The notes: generated by a model not told the origin, from the sequence alone. Positions 28,134-39,142 are shown, counted from the stretch's first letter. The stretch: 64,000 bases of DNA from Candidatus Limnocylindrales bacterium (GCA_035559535.1 DATMBG010000010.1:25832-89831), one strand, 5' to 3'. Translations and numbers: made by a program.

Positions 28134-30059
28134 TTATCCTTTCATAGAATCGATCACAAACGCCCTGAAATCCTTCTTTCGGATAAGATCAGGCTCTTTG
28201 GAAACGGCCTCCAATACCAGGGTGAAAGTCCGTACCATATTTTCTCCTGTGAGGGAATCTTCTGACTTCTCAGATAGAATCGGTAAAGTGAGCGTTAAAG
28301 TCCGGGACAGCAGTTTATTATCTGAAAGGAAGGCCTTCGGACGTGTTGAAACAATTTTTAAGGCAGTTTGTACCAAATCCATCAAGAGATCTCCCCGGAT
28401 CAAGGTCGATTTATCCTCGGTGGCTACCTGAAATAGCGAATCGAGAACTCCGGGTAGCAGCAGTTTCTCTTGATCGTACAAACCTGGATTCCTGGCTACG
28501 GTAATCAGGGCTAACCGGACGGTATCTTCTAACAAAACTCCGGCCACTAAGCGGTTTGAACCTCGATAGATAGCTTCCAGAGTCGTCACCAGGGTATCGG
28601 CAAGTAAATTGGGATAGCGCTCAAAAATAGCGGAATTTCTGGTGACAATATTCATGGCCAGTTGGGTTATCTGGGTTTTTTGATCTTCGGTTATAAATTG
28701 AGCAACGGCTCCTGACAGGGCTTTTAAGATAGATTTCATCGTCTGGGACAAAAGATCGGGCTGAAAATCCGAAGAAGAAGCCGGTTCATGTTTCCGACCA
28801 CCCTTACCGGGCTTTCGGACAGGTTGGGAGCTGAGGATAAGCTGCAAATTTCGCAGGGTTTCGGTTAAAGAGGTTACAAAAAGCTGTTTAAACAACTCTC
28901 CACTAACCGCCGCGTCCGGATTCTCTCCCACAGCTTGCAAAACACCCTTCAAAACCTGGGAAACGACATCTTGATTTTGAAGAAATACGGCTGAATTCTT
29001 TCCGATAGTTTCAAGTGAAATTTTAAGAATATCCGAGAACAGGGCCTTATTAGGATTCAATAACCTGCTGAGATCTTGATTGGCAACCTGAAGGACCGAG
29101 CTCAGAACCATAGAAGCCAGGTTTTCTCCCCCCCCTATTAACGAAGCATTGCGGGATATGCTATCCAGCGCTATCTGTAAAATATCCGTCAGGGTTTGGG
29201 TTCGGAAGACACTATCTTGTCGAAGATTAACCGAAACGACATCCAAAACCGATGTAATCACATCCTGCAAGACTTCTTTATTTATCCACAATCCGGTGGT
29301 TTTAGAAACCCCATCGATGGTTGCCTGGAGGAGCTCTTTCAGATAATTTCCCTTGGTTGCTACGGTAATATGATCGGAAGCATGATTTAGAACTGCCCTT
29401 AGGACCGAGCCGAATTTATTATCGCCTAAAAACAAACTTGAATTATTGGCGGCGATTTTAAGGGTGGTATCTAAAAGCCCCTTGAAGATCTCATCTTTGC
29501 TGAGGGCCGTTACATCGGTTGGGAAAACCTGTAAAAAGGTGGTAATGGCTCTGGAGAGGGTAGGATTGCTTTCGGCGAAAAGCGGTGCATTTTCCCTTAC
29601 TACACTCAACGTGAGATCAAAAATTTTTGTAAATAGCTTGCTTTTCTTTTTCTCTTCTATTTTAAACAAAGCGGCAATTGCGGCATATTGCTCCTCTTCC
29701 TCCACATGGGCAAAGATAGTTTGAAACTCTGGAGCATTCTTAAAAACTTTGATAATACTTTTAGCTCCCAGGATTCCTTCGTAAGCCTCAATAAGGGATT
29801 GAATACTTGTTTCCGCTGTTTCCGGAACATCCTTATCCTGCCAGGGTTTATGATAAGGCCCTCCGGGCCGAACCAGATTTTTTCCTTCATTTTGAAAGTA
29901 ATCTTCAACTATTAACCACCCGGTTTCTTTCTTAGGCCTGGGCAATACAATCTTCTCCTGGACCACTTTCTGGGTAACCAAATTTTGAATTCCAAAACCA
30001 AACTTTAAGGCCGCTCTAACCCCTGCAAATATAAGATCAATCTCTCCTCCCCCAAACAT
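28134..30059 (-). CDS. 641-aa internally repetitive alpha-helical protein of unknown function
   Basis: At least 7 repeats of ~40 aa with pattern N.a.F......l...vL..vL.a. It is 4 nt upstream of the SBP gene, so probably co-transcribed. Confidence 0.5.
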   Translation of the reverse strand: MFGGGEIDLIFAGVRAALKFGFGIQNLVTQKVVQEKIVLPRPKKETGWLIVEDYFQNEGKNLVRPGGPYHKPWQDKDVPETAETSIQSLIEAYEGILGAKSIIKVFKNAPEFQTIFAHVEEEEQYAAIAALFKIEEKKKSKLFTKIFDLTLSVVRENAPLFAESNPTLSRAITTFLQVFPTDVTALSKDEIFKGLLDTTLKIAANNSSLFLGDNKFGSVLRAVLNHASDHITVATKGNYLKELLQATIDGVSKTTGLWINKEVLQDVITSVLDVVSVNLRQDSVFRTQTLTDILQIALDSISRNASLIGGGENLASMVLSSVLQVANQDLSRLLNPNKALFSDILKISLETIGKNSAVFLQNQDVVSQVLKGVLQAVGENPDAAVSGELFKQLFVTSLTETLRNLQLILSSQPVRKPGKGGRKHEPASSSDFQPDLLSQTMKSILKALSGAVAQFITEDQKTQITQLAMNIVTRNSAIFERYPNLLADTLVTTLEAIYRGSNRLVAGVLLEDTVRLALITVARNPGLYDQEKLLLPGVLDSLFQVATEDKSTLIRGDLLMDLVQTALKIVSTRPKAFLSDNKLLSRTLTLTLPILSEKSEDSLTGENMVRTFTLVLEAVSKEPDLIRKKDFRAFVIDSMKG

Positions 30060-30914
30060 GGTTATCTCCTTCTTTTAAAAACTAGATTCCATCCGGTGAC
30101 AGTTTTAAAATTAACCTTTGTTAATTATCATAAGTTCGCAACTTGTCAAGGGAAAAGTGTGCTTTGTACAAGATTCAAAGTGGTGACCTTTGCATCTTTT
30201 TCCTTTTGCTGTTTATACTACCCTGAGGTGTAACTTTAGATTCAACGTCCTGAAACCCATCGAATCTGAGGAAAAAGATCTGGCCAAAGCGTATCGAAAC
30301 TTGAAACAACAGGACCTGGCCTTCTTAAACTTCCCTGCAGAGAGCGATTTGATCGTTCTGGCAAATCTTTTCCTTTTCTAAAATAAGTAAACCCCCATCT
30401 TTTCTCTTAACCTGTAAATTTTAACTTTGAAACGGTCTCAATGTTAGGGGCACCGATTCGTGAACGCTCTCATCTGTGGGATGCCCACCCTGACTGTGAA
30501 TCTGGCTACGATAAGGTTCCCATATTTCGTACAGCGCCATGGGATATCAATCCGGGAAGCCATGACCATGGTTTGTGCAACATCCGGTACCTCATCCATA
30601 GTCGCCATTGCTCCAGGGGAGATTCCTCCCGACCTCAGCCAGGCGACATGGATGGGTCAGGTAACTCCTGGACCTTGAACAATTGGGACGAATTCAGATC
30701 CCAGAATGATCGAAGATATCTTTATCATACTGGCCTATACGATCTGGAGGACTGTTTAAGTTATTTGCGCAATGGCTTCAAAAAGATCCCTTGCATCGGA
30801 AGGAGGGTTAATACAAAAAGTTCGGTAATTTCCGCCCAGGGGAGCTTCCAAACTCAAGTCTTTATTTTATATTATTTAGCCCTACTTCATGTTACTATCT
30901 GAAAGGGGTTCCTA

Positions 30915-33086
30915 TCAGGGCTCTGCGGGTGTGGCGCTCCATCTCCAAAGATCAACGTCTTTGATATCACGAGGCCCAGGTCTCAAGGTTTTTTGAACTT
31001 TAGGTAAAATGGTTTCCATAGTTTCCAGATAAAGACGGAACTGATTAAGTTCAGGAGAAATCTGGTAAGCCTGATTCCTGAGAGTAAAGGCTTGTGCATC
31101 TCCCTGGGCTTTTAAGATTTTTTCCTCCTTGAAGGCCAGGCCGGATTGGATCGTTTTTGCAGCTTCCCCTTTAGCCTGATTCACTGATTCTTCTGCAAAG
31201 GTTAATGCTCGGTTAATGATATGGAGTTTATCCTCCTGGGCACTGGCCACATCCCGGAATGCAGAATGAACCTCCCGGGGAGCATCTACAGCCAACAGTT
31301 GAACAAAGAGAACTTCTATACCGGCTTCATAGGCATCTAGAGCCTCTTGCAGAAGATGCTGGACCTTCCTTTCTATATTTCCCCTTTCTATGGTAAGCAC
31401 GGCATCAATTTTCATCTGTCCAATGACTTCACGAAGTCCAGATAATGTGAAGCTCCGTACCAGACGGTCCGGTTCGTTCATCCGATACGCATATTGTACC
31501 GGATCCTTCACCTTATAGTGTACCGTTAGATTGATATCCACAATGTTCTCATCCCCGGTCAGGAAGAAAGATTCCTCCTCTATCTGTTTCTGTTCAGACC
31601 AAAGACTATTCGAAACCATGAACTGTGAGCCTAAGTTTGAACCCTCGGTCACTGTCTGGGCTTTGACCTGATTCTGGCTATCTAAGGAAAGATTATTCGT
31701 TCTAAATCCAAGCTCAACCCTTCGAATCAAATCCTTATGGACCTTTTCAATTTTTTCAATAGGCCATGGAACGTGGTAATGAAGGCCGGGAGCAAGGTTG
31801 GAGGCAATGATCTTACCAAACCGTAATTTTACTCCGATCTCTCCGGGTTGGATTGTAACGAAACCGCTATACAAATATATAACCGCAAGTGCAATGAGAG
31901 CACCCGCTTTGATCCGGATAGCCGTTAAATGGAAACCTGTTAGGGAGCTAAACTTATCCCGAAGATGGATCCATTCTTCTGGAACATTGGTTCGTCGGAA
32001 GCTGAGAATAAACAAACTGATTACTCCGAGAGCCGCAACGGTTTTGATGCTCTCAGGAATCAGATTGGAGGCGGCCCCAAAGGTCATTCGAGGATCCAGG
32101 CCAGAGCTCCAATATATCCAGTTGACTACATACCCAGCTAACAAACTTACCACAACAATGGTTCCCAGATAGAGGGCCACGACTCTGCGCCCCAGAAATT
32201 TTAGAAGGACGACTATGGTTCCAAGGTTTGTGGCGGGTCCAGATAAGAGAAAAATCAGTGCCGCTCCTGGATTTAACCCTTTTAGGATCAGGGTTGCAGC
32301 AATGGGAGTGGAAGCGGTGGCACAGGTATACATAGGAATACCAATAAGCAGCATAACCAACATGCTCATAAAACCACCCCTTAAATATTTTTCGATAACA
32401 GACGCCGGGAGAAGAACCGCGATAACCCCGGATAAGATTACTCCCACTGTTACCCAGTAAGAGGTATCATCAATCAATTGTTGAAACGTTCTATAAAACT
32501 TCTGGATCCAGCCGCCAGACACACCTACAGGTCCAAGCACGGTCTCAAAGTAAGATTCTTCTTTGAGAGCATGGGAATGATGATCTGGCAAAGAATGGGA
32601 GTTCCTAGCTACAGCAGGACCATGATCCTGGGGTGTAAAAGGTGGATCAGGCGTTTGAGTATTTTGTTTTTGATCCCCCCAGAAATTGGTAACGATCCCA
32701 GCTGTTACCGCTGTAACAAAAGCAGCTATGGGACGTATAGTTGCCATGATAGGATCCATTAAAGCATAACTGACGAAGATGGTATCTACATCCATCTCGG
32801 GAGTCGAAATCAGAAAAGAAACTGTTGCTCCATTATTAGCACCCTGTTTTTTTAAGGAGAGGGCAGTTGGCACAACGCCACAAGAACAGAGTGGCATGGG
32901 TACTCCAATTAGAGATGCCCAGAAAACCGATTTGATCTTTCCGGTTCCCAGGTACGTAAGGATGGCCCTCGCAGGGATCAACAAGATGATAAGAACGCCT
33001 ACCAGATAACCAAATAATAGGAAGACGGAGGCTTCTTTAAGGATGATCCAGGTCTCTTGAAGGATTTGGAATAAAAAATCTATCAT
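30915..33086 (-). CDS. fusion protein: COG0701/ArsP-like two-repeat permease (CxC motifs) + C-terminal SPFH/band-7 (HflK/stomatin-like) domain
   Basis: N-terminal 460 aa are multi-TM with MPLCSCGVVP and PMYTCATASTP, an ArsP-like duplicated Cys motif. C-terminal 260 aa are SPFH-like (QPGEIGVKLRFGKI...). Confidence 0.7.
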   Translation of the reverse strand: MIDFLFQILQETWIILKEASVFLLFGYLVGVLIILLIPARAILTYLGTGKIKSVFWASLIGVPMPLCSCGVVPTALSLKKQGANNGATVSFLISTPEMDVDTIFVSYALMDPIMATIRPIAAFVTAVTAGIVTNFWGDQKQNTQTPDPPFTPQDHGPAVARNSHSLPDHHSHALKEESYFETVLGPVGVSGGWIQKFYRTFQQLIDDTSYWVTVGVILSGVIAVLLPASVIEKYLRGGFMSMLVMLLIGIPMYTCATASTPIAATLILKGLNPGAALIFLLSGPATNLGTIVVLLKFLGRRVVALYLGTIVVVSLLAGYVVNWIYWSSGLDPRMTFGAASNLIPESIKTVAALGVISLFILSFRRTNVPEEWIHLRDKFSSLTGFHLTAIRIKAGALIALAVIYLYSGFVTIQPGEIGVKLRFGKIIASNLAPGLHYHVPWPIEKIEKVHKDLIRRVELGFRTNNLSLDSQNQVKAQTVTEGSNLGSQFMVSNSLWSEQKQIEEESFFLTGDENIVDINLTVHYKVKDPVQYAYRMNEPDRLVRSFTLSGLREVIGQMKIDAVLTIERGNIERKVQHLLQEALDAYEAGIEVLFVQLLAVDAPREVHSAFRDVASAQEDKLHIINRALTFAEESVNQAKGEAAKTIQSGLAFKEEKILKAQGDAQAFTLRNQAYQISPELNQFRLYLETMETILPKVQKTLRPGPRDIKDVDLWRWSATPAEP

Positions 33087-33347
33087 AACATAAAACTCTG
33101 ATGCAAGATCTTAGCACCTCGGTCAGGTATCTGATACCGGGTTTGAGATCATCACCAAATATCCCCTCTGACAGATAAATTTACACTTTGCAATTTAAGC
33201 TAAGGTTTTTTCCTCTGTTTATCCCGTAGACTTTGTTGCAGTGCCTTCTTTATGAAAATCTATAATCGCAACATTAAGAGATTTCGAAAAAGAGAGGAAC
33301 CCCCTATCTAGGGATTTAAAGGGCCTTTGGAAAAACAGGAAGTTATC

Positions 33348-33734
33348 TCAAACAAGATGTGATATAAAAGATTCGTCGGTATCTTCAGAGGATGGTATCT
33401 TTATTACTCCGATACCTTGGGCAACAACGGAGGAATAAAAATCACTTCGTAGGGTATGAGAAAAATTGCGAATGGTCAGGAGCGTCTTTGCAGCCTTTGT
33501 TTCCTGATAGGCTTTACTAGCTCGGAAGGCAGGATAATATTTTAGGTAGGAGGTAAAAGGTATTCGTTTTACCGTGAAGGAACGGGGAAAGAGGAAAACA
33601 ATCCCTGCCTTACTTAGATCTGACTTAATTTCCCCAACAGGAAGCAGCTCAAAATCTTCCGCGTACCACCCTAGTAGTTGACAATTCCCAGTATAGGGAA
33701 GTAAGATAAGTAAGCATATAATGATAGAACGCAA
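33348..33734 (-). CDS. hypothetical secreted protein
   Basis: 128 aa with an N-terminal signal peptide; no recognisable domain. Confidence 0.3.
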   Translation of the reverse strand: MRSIIICLLILLPYTGNCQLLGWYAEDFELLPVGEIKSDLSKAGIVFLFPRSFTVKRIPFTSYLKYYPAFRASKAYQETKAAKTLLTIRNFSHTLRSDFYSSVVAQGIGVIKIPSSEDTDESFISHLV

Positions 33735-34210
33735 AGTTTAGGCTCCCAGTCTAGAATTTTATTCCATCAGGGACTCAGGGGTTTTAACCTAGAGGAGAAA
33801 ACATTTACTAGCAAAAACATCCTATAGGATTGCAAAACACAAAGCTTTCCTCTTAACCCTTCCAATTAGGATTATTTAACAGCAACACTTCGTGTTCTGT
33901 CAAGATAAAAATTTCCAGATTCCATCACTTATGGTTTCAACTATTTGGCATACAAGAAAAAGTCTATAAGGGGTAACCTTCCAAAGAAGGAAAGCCCTCT
34001 AAGGACAAAAGTTTCTGGGCTTTTGGCTAACTGAGGGGATTCGTTTCTCTTTAAGAAGAGGTTTGGGGTCCGGCTAAGCCGGTTGCTGATACGTAACTCC
34101 GCAGGTACCCATAGTAATAACCAGGGTTCGGCATCTTGATTACTTCTTCGACGGGGATAAGGACCTTCGTAGCCCCGATAATACGTTGTATTTTGGGATA
34201 CGGAGAGAAA

Positions 34211-35080
34211 TCAATTCAAATAATCTCCCAGACTTCTGGCATTGGCCAGCTTCCTCAACCTGATCTTGGCCCGTTTTTCAAGCTGTCGGACCCTTTCCCG
34301 ACTCAGGTTTAAACGCTTCCCGATTTCTTCTAACGTCAAAGGACCTTCCCCATCGATGCCAAAACGTAATCGCAGGATCAGAGCCTCCCGAGGGTCCAGT
34401 TGGTTTAAAAGCTCCTGAAGCTCTTCAATAAGGGTTTGGTCGACGAGAGCTTTGTCCGGAGCCGGACTTTCCTTGCTGGCGATAAGGTTCATTAATGTGG
34501 CATTTTCATCCTCTGCCGTCGGCATATCCAGGGATACGGGCTTTTTGGAAAATTCCAAAATAACCCGAACCTGCTCCTCTGGAATCTCCATTCGTTCGGC
34601 AATTTCCTTAGGAGTGGGCTCTTCCCCTCCTTTCTCCTGGACTAAATCGTTGTATACCTTTCCAAGCCTGGTTAAAAGCCCGCCCTGCTTCAAGGGCAGC
34701 CGAATGGTACGACCCTGCTCGGATAAAGCCCGTAAAATGGACTGCCGGATCCACCACACCGCGTACGAGATGAACTTGACGTTCTTGGAAGGATCAAAGC
34801 GCTTGGCCGCCTCAATAAGCCCCAGATTGCCTTCGTTGATCAAATCCATCAGGGACAACCCACATCCCTGGTACCCCTGGGCTACTTTGACCACAAACTT
34901 CAGGTTTCCCTCTACCAGACGGTTCAGAGCTTCCTGATCCCCCTTCTGAATCCGCTCGGCCAGTTCCCGTTCTTCCTCTCGGGTTGTAGGAGGGATCTTC
35001 CCAATCTCCTGCAGGTAAAGGGCAAGGCCCTCATCGGTGGAGATTTCCCTTGCAGAGCCATGTTTTTTTGGATTCTTCAT
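34211..35080 (-). CDS. RNA polymerase sigma factor, sigma-70 family (group 2/3-like, regions 1.2-4)
   Basis: Region 2 (YAVWWIRQSILRAL) and a region 4 HTH (LEEIGKRLNLSRERVRQLE) are present; 289 aa. Confidence 0.8.
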   Translation of the reverse strand: MKNPKKHGSAREISTDEGLALYLQEIGKIPPTTREEERELAERIQKGDQEALNRLVEGNLKFVVKVAQGYQGCGLSLMDLINEGNLGLIEAAKRFDPSKNVKFISYAVWWIRQSILRALSEQGRTIRLPLKQGGLLTRLGKVYNDLVQEKGGEEPTPKEIAERMEIPEEQVRVILEFSKKPVSLDMPTAEDENATLMNLIASKESPAPDKALVDQTLIEELQELLNQLDPREALILRLRFGIDGEGPLTLEEIGKRLNLSRERVRQLEKRAKIRLRKLANARSLGDYLN

Positions 35081-35910
35081 AGAAGAAGATGACCTTTCAT
35101 TAATTCATACAATCGATTTTACCCTTTGTTTTTAGCTTAATACTGTCAAACTAGGTATACCCCTCTGAATATGCAAGGGTTATTCAAATAAAAAGTCATA
35201 GAGTTTTTTGAGTTTTTTCCCTCCAGGTCCGGTTGAACAGGATGAAAAAGGTAGAGGCTTCGTCGACCAGGGACTTATACTATTTTTTATATGGAAAGGC
35301 GCCATAAATGGTAAGAGCAGCTCTATAGGATCCTCCCTATAAATCAGATTATATTTCTATGGCGATTCTGTTTCACTCCCCCAGACTACGGTTCTGCCGC
35401 CCTCAACCTATAATCCTTTAAGGCTATTCAATTCCCTCACCGATGGGTCTATTGAAGGATTATCCATAGCCGATTACTTATCTGCCCGGTTACAGGAATT
35501 CTCAAGGTTGGATTCTCCTGCTTCTAATCCCGAATCGTGGTTCAGACCTTGCATAAGGTATAAAATAGGTGTCCGTTTAACCTCTTATGATCCTGTTAAG
35601 GGTATTATAACCACGACTCTCTTAACCAACGTGTAGGACTCAGAAGGGTTTTTCACCACTTGGGTCGGTTTAGAGTATTCCCTCTCTTATTGCGAAAGGC
35701 GCCTTGGATAGGGTTCAAAAAGAACTCCGCGAGGAAGTCCTTTGCTGGCTCCACCTTTTTCGGAAATGCAGATGGGAAAGTAACCCAGTAGGTTAAACGT
35801 CTTCGTTTGATAAAATAAAAAGGATTATGCAAACTGATTCATAAAAGTATTCAAGAATTTGTCTGATGATTTGAAAAGTACTTTTAAGGGTTTCATTTTA
35901 AGGATTTCAA

Positions 35911-37605
35911 ATGGAAAGATTTAATACTCTGTTTGGGTGGATATTTCTGGCTGTTAGTGTAGCAACCCCATTCCTCTGGTTCTATTCTTTTCCTTTAGAA
36001 TTCCCATGGGATTGGATGGACCTTTCTTTTGAGGGGGCTTCTCTGATTGTTTTCATTGTTGGTTACCTTTTTGTTAGAAAATGGCAGGTTCCTGCTTTGG
36101 AAATCGGTTGGGGCTTAGTCAGTTATAGTTTTCTTTTAGACTTTTTGTGTGGATTTGCAAAGGAATTAGAGAGATGGAACATAATAATCGAAGGACTTCT
36201 TCGAACCGGAGGTTTATTACTGATTGCAACGGGTCTATATTTTTTGCGAAAAAGACGGCAGACGGAGCTTGCCGAAGTCAAACAGGCCGCAGAAACAATA
36301 TGGCAGCAAGTGTATCACGACCCTCTGACCGGGCTACCGAATCGAATGCTCTTTGAGGATCGCCTTACCCTGGAGTTGGCCCATGCACGGCGGGATAAGC
36401 AGGGGTTGGCGGTGATGTTCCTGGACCTGGATCATTTTAAGCTTATCAACGATACTCTGGGCCATTCGGTAGGAGATCAATTGCTTCAAAACGTAGCCCA
36501 TCGGTTAAGAGATGCTTTGCGGGGAACCGATACGGTAGCTCGTATGGGAGGTGATGAATTCGCTTTATTACTTACCCGGGTGACCCATGCAGAGAATGTG
36601 GCCAGAGTGACTCAAAAAATTCTTCATGCCCTTAAACCTCCGTTCAATTTCGGGGGCTACGATTTTCATATCACCGCCAGTATCGGAATTACTCTATATC
36701 CCAGTGATGGAGAGGATACCCAGACCTTGCTGAAAAACGCCGATACTGCTTTATATCGTGCTAAAGAGCAGGGCCGGAATGTCTATCAATTTTATACGCC
36801 GGCCATGAATGCTAAGACCCTGGAGCGGCTGACCCTGGAAACTAACCTGCGTCGCGCACTGGAACGTAAGGAATTTGTAATTTACTACCAGCCCCGGGTG
36901 AAGATTAACACAAAACGGATTATCGGCATGGAGGCTTTGGTACGCTGGCAACACCCGGAACTGGGATTGATCTCGCCGGTAAAATTTATTCCCTTGGCCG
37001 AAGAAACCGGACTCATTATACCTCTTGGTGAGTGGGTCTTACGGACCGCCTGTGAACAAACCAAAGCCTGGCAGGAAGCAGGTTTTCCTCCCTTACGGGT
37101 CGGCGTAAACCTCTCGGCGCGGCAGTTCCAACAACCTAACCTGGTTGAAAGGGTCGCTCAGGTATTAAAAGAAACCGGCCTCCACCCCCATTACTTAGAG
37201 CTAGAAATTACCGAAAGTGCCGCCATGCAAAATGCCGAATATACCCTTCCGGTACTGTATCACCTCAAAGAAATGGGAATCCATATCTCCATCGATGACT
37301 TCGGTACCGGCTACTCTTCCCTCAGCTATCTAAAAAAATTTCCCTTCCATACTCTAAAACTGGATCAGTCCTTTATCCGGGACCTGACTACAGATCCCAA
37401 CGATGCCATGATTGCAAAGGTCGTTATCACCCTGGCCCACGGCTTAAAACTCGAAGTGGTGGCCGAAGGTGTGGAAACCCAAGAACAGCTTAACTTTCTT
37501 AAACAACTCCAGGGTGATGAAGTTCAGGGTTATCTGTTCAGTAAACCTTTACCGGCTGAAGAATTTGAGGAGTTACTCCGACAGGAGATGGAACGGAAGG
37601 AATAA
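35911..37605 (+). CDS. membrane-anchored diguanylate cyclase/phosphodiesterase (GGDEF + EAL)
   Basis: Four N-terminal TM helices, the RMGGDEFALL GGDEF motif and the EALVRW EAL motif. Confidence 0.85.
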   Translation: MERFNTLFGWIFLAVSVATPFLWFYSFPLEFPWDWMDLSFEGASLIVFIVGYLFVRKWQVPALEIGWGLVSYSFLLDFLCGFAKELERWNIIIEGLLRTGGLLLIATGLYFLRKRRQTELAEVKQAAETIWQQVYHDPLTGLPNRMLFEDRLTLELAHARRDKQGLAVMFLDLDHFKLINDTLGHSVGDQLLQNVAHRLRDALRGTDTVARMGGDEFALLLTRVTHAENVARVTQKILHALKPPFNFGGYDFHITASIGITLYPSDGEDTQTLLKNADTALYRAKEQGRNVYQFYTPAMNAKTLERLTLETNLRRALERKEFVIYYQPRVKINTKRIIGMEALVRWQHPELGLISPVKFIPLAEETGLIIPLGEWVLRTACEQTKAWQEAGFPPLRVGVNLSARQFQQPNLVERVAQVLKETGLHPHYLELEITESAAMQNAEYTLPVLYHLKEMGIHISIDDFGTGYSSLSYLKKFPFHTLKLDQSFIRDLTTDPNDAMIAKVVITLAHGLKLEVVAEGVETQEQLNFLKQLQGDEVQGYLFSKPLPAEEFEELLRQEMERKE

Positions 37606-37610
37606 TCTAT

Positions 37611-37690
37611 AAGCATCCAGCTAAGAAGGGGAAAGCCTTATTTTCGGCCTGAGTACCTCCCTTCCCCCCTTGAGGGGAGAACAGGAACAT
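37611..37690. repeat. dispersed ~75-bp repeat, copy 2 (see 15510-15584)
   Basis: agctaagaaggggaaagccttattttcggcctgagtacctcccttcccccct tgaggggag, located immediately after the GGDEF-EAL stop. Confidence 0.6.
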
Positions 37691-37954
37691 ATGTACCAGG
37701 ATAAGAAGGCTAGTCCCAGCCGGGTGACCTGGGGATAACCCTGGTGTAAGCCAGGGGAAACAGGATCCTATCCCCGACGAATAGCAAATGGCGAGCAGCA
37801 AATAGAGAACGGCGGAAAAAATCCATAAGAGAGTAAAAAATATTTCCTTGTCTTTTCTATCAGACAGACTTTAGTTATATCCAGCGGTTAATCTCTCAAA
37901 ACAGGTAACTAACTGGCTATTATACCCTTATTTTCTCTAGGACAAGGAGGTCTT

Positions 37955-38560
37955 ATGCACTACCGACATATCGTTTTTACTTTCTTAGGGATCTTAGGTT
38001 CCCTAACAATGGCCTTTGGTGCCGATAAGTATGAGTTTGATAAAGCACACACTTACATAGGTTTTACGGCCAAGCACTTTGTAATCACCAACGTTAAAGG
38101 CAATTTTACAGACTTCTCCGGAACTATTTTATATGACCCCCAGGATATTACCCGGTCCTCGGTAACCGCGGTCATTAAAACAGCCAGCATCAATACCAAT
38201 AATGAAAAGCGGGATGCAGATTTACGAAGTGGACGATTCCTGGAAGTAGAAAAGTACCCCGAAATCATCTTCAAAAGTAAGAAAATCGAGAAGCAGAATA
38301 GCCATTACCTGGTTACGGGGGATTTAACGATAAAAGACGTAACCAAAACAGTTTCTTTTCCCTTCACCCTGGCCGGTCCTGTGAAAGATCCTATGGGTAA
38401 TAACCGTATTGGAATTGAAGCAGGGCCTTTAACGATCAACCGGCAAGATTACCATGTTTCCTTTAACGATAAGTTAGATGGTGGAGGACTGGTTGTATCC
38501 GATGAGATAGTTATTAATCTGAGTGTAGAAGGAGTCCATGCCAAGGAGGAGAAAAAATAG
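37955..38560 (+). CDS. YceI-like periplasmic polyisoprenoid-binding protein
   Basis: Signal peptide plus the YEFDKAHTYIGFTAKHFVITNVKGNF YceI signature. Confidence 0.8.
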   Translation: MHYRHIVFTFLGILGSLTMAFGADKYEFDKAHTYIGFTAKHFVITNVKGNFTDFSGTILYDPQDITRSSVTAVIKTASINTNNEKRDADLRSGRFLEVEKYPEIIFKSKKIEKQNSHYLVTGDLTIKDVTKTVSFPFTLAGPVKDPMGNNRIGIEAGPLTINRQDYHVSFNDKLDGGGLVVSDEIVINLSVEGVHAKEEKK

Positions 38561-38739
38561 CACCTGGATAGGATGAGTCTTGAATGAAATGTGACAGGTT
38601 CTGGTAGCCAGCTAGAGATGCCGGGTAGAGGGTCTTTAAGAATTTACCCTTCATTTAATGCCCCCACCCTCAAATAGAAGGGACTAGAGATTGGTGAAAA
38701 GGAAGGAACCCGATGGGAAAGGGGTTATTCCCCCTATGC

Positions 38740-38990
38740 ATCCAGTTAAGGATCAGACTTGAAGCGAAGCCTCCCCCTATCCCATAGCACCAGGATAGGG
38801 CCTGGGAAGTTGGCCTGGAGATCTACCAATCTCCCTCCCCGCCTGCGGGGAGAGAGATCGGGGGCATACGCGCCAGGTTAAGGCACCCCCACCCGGTCCC
38901 TCCCCCGTTTCCCAGGGGAGGGGATTTCGCTTCAAAGTTCCTTCCCCTGCAAACTAAGGTAGGGGCGCAAGGCCTTGCGCCCGTATAACG
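38740..38990. repeat. composite GC-rich repeat region with nested inverted repeats
   Basis: The outer IR gacttgaagcgaagcctcccc pairs with ggggaggggatttcgcttcaaag. It also contains ctccccgcctgcggggagag and a perfect hairpin GGGCGCAAGG/CCTTGCGCCC. Confidence 0.55.
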
Positions 38991-39142
38991 TCTCGTTTGA
39001 CATTAAGGAGACCCTCCTCATGGACCTTACTCTTATCCTGGCGCCTATGGGGATCGAGGGTGAAGGAAAGAAGAACCTGTTAGCAGATCTGTCCTCCAGC
39101 CAGGCCGAGATTTTCCCTTTGTTAGAAGCTTTCCGATTCTTC

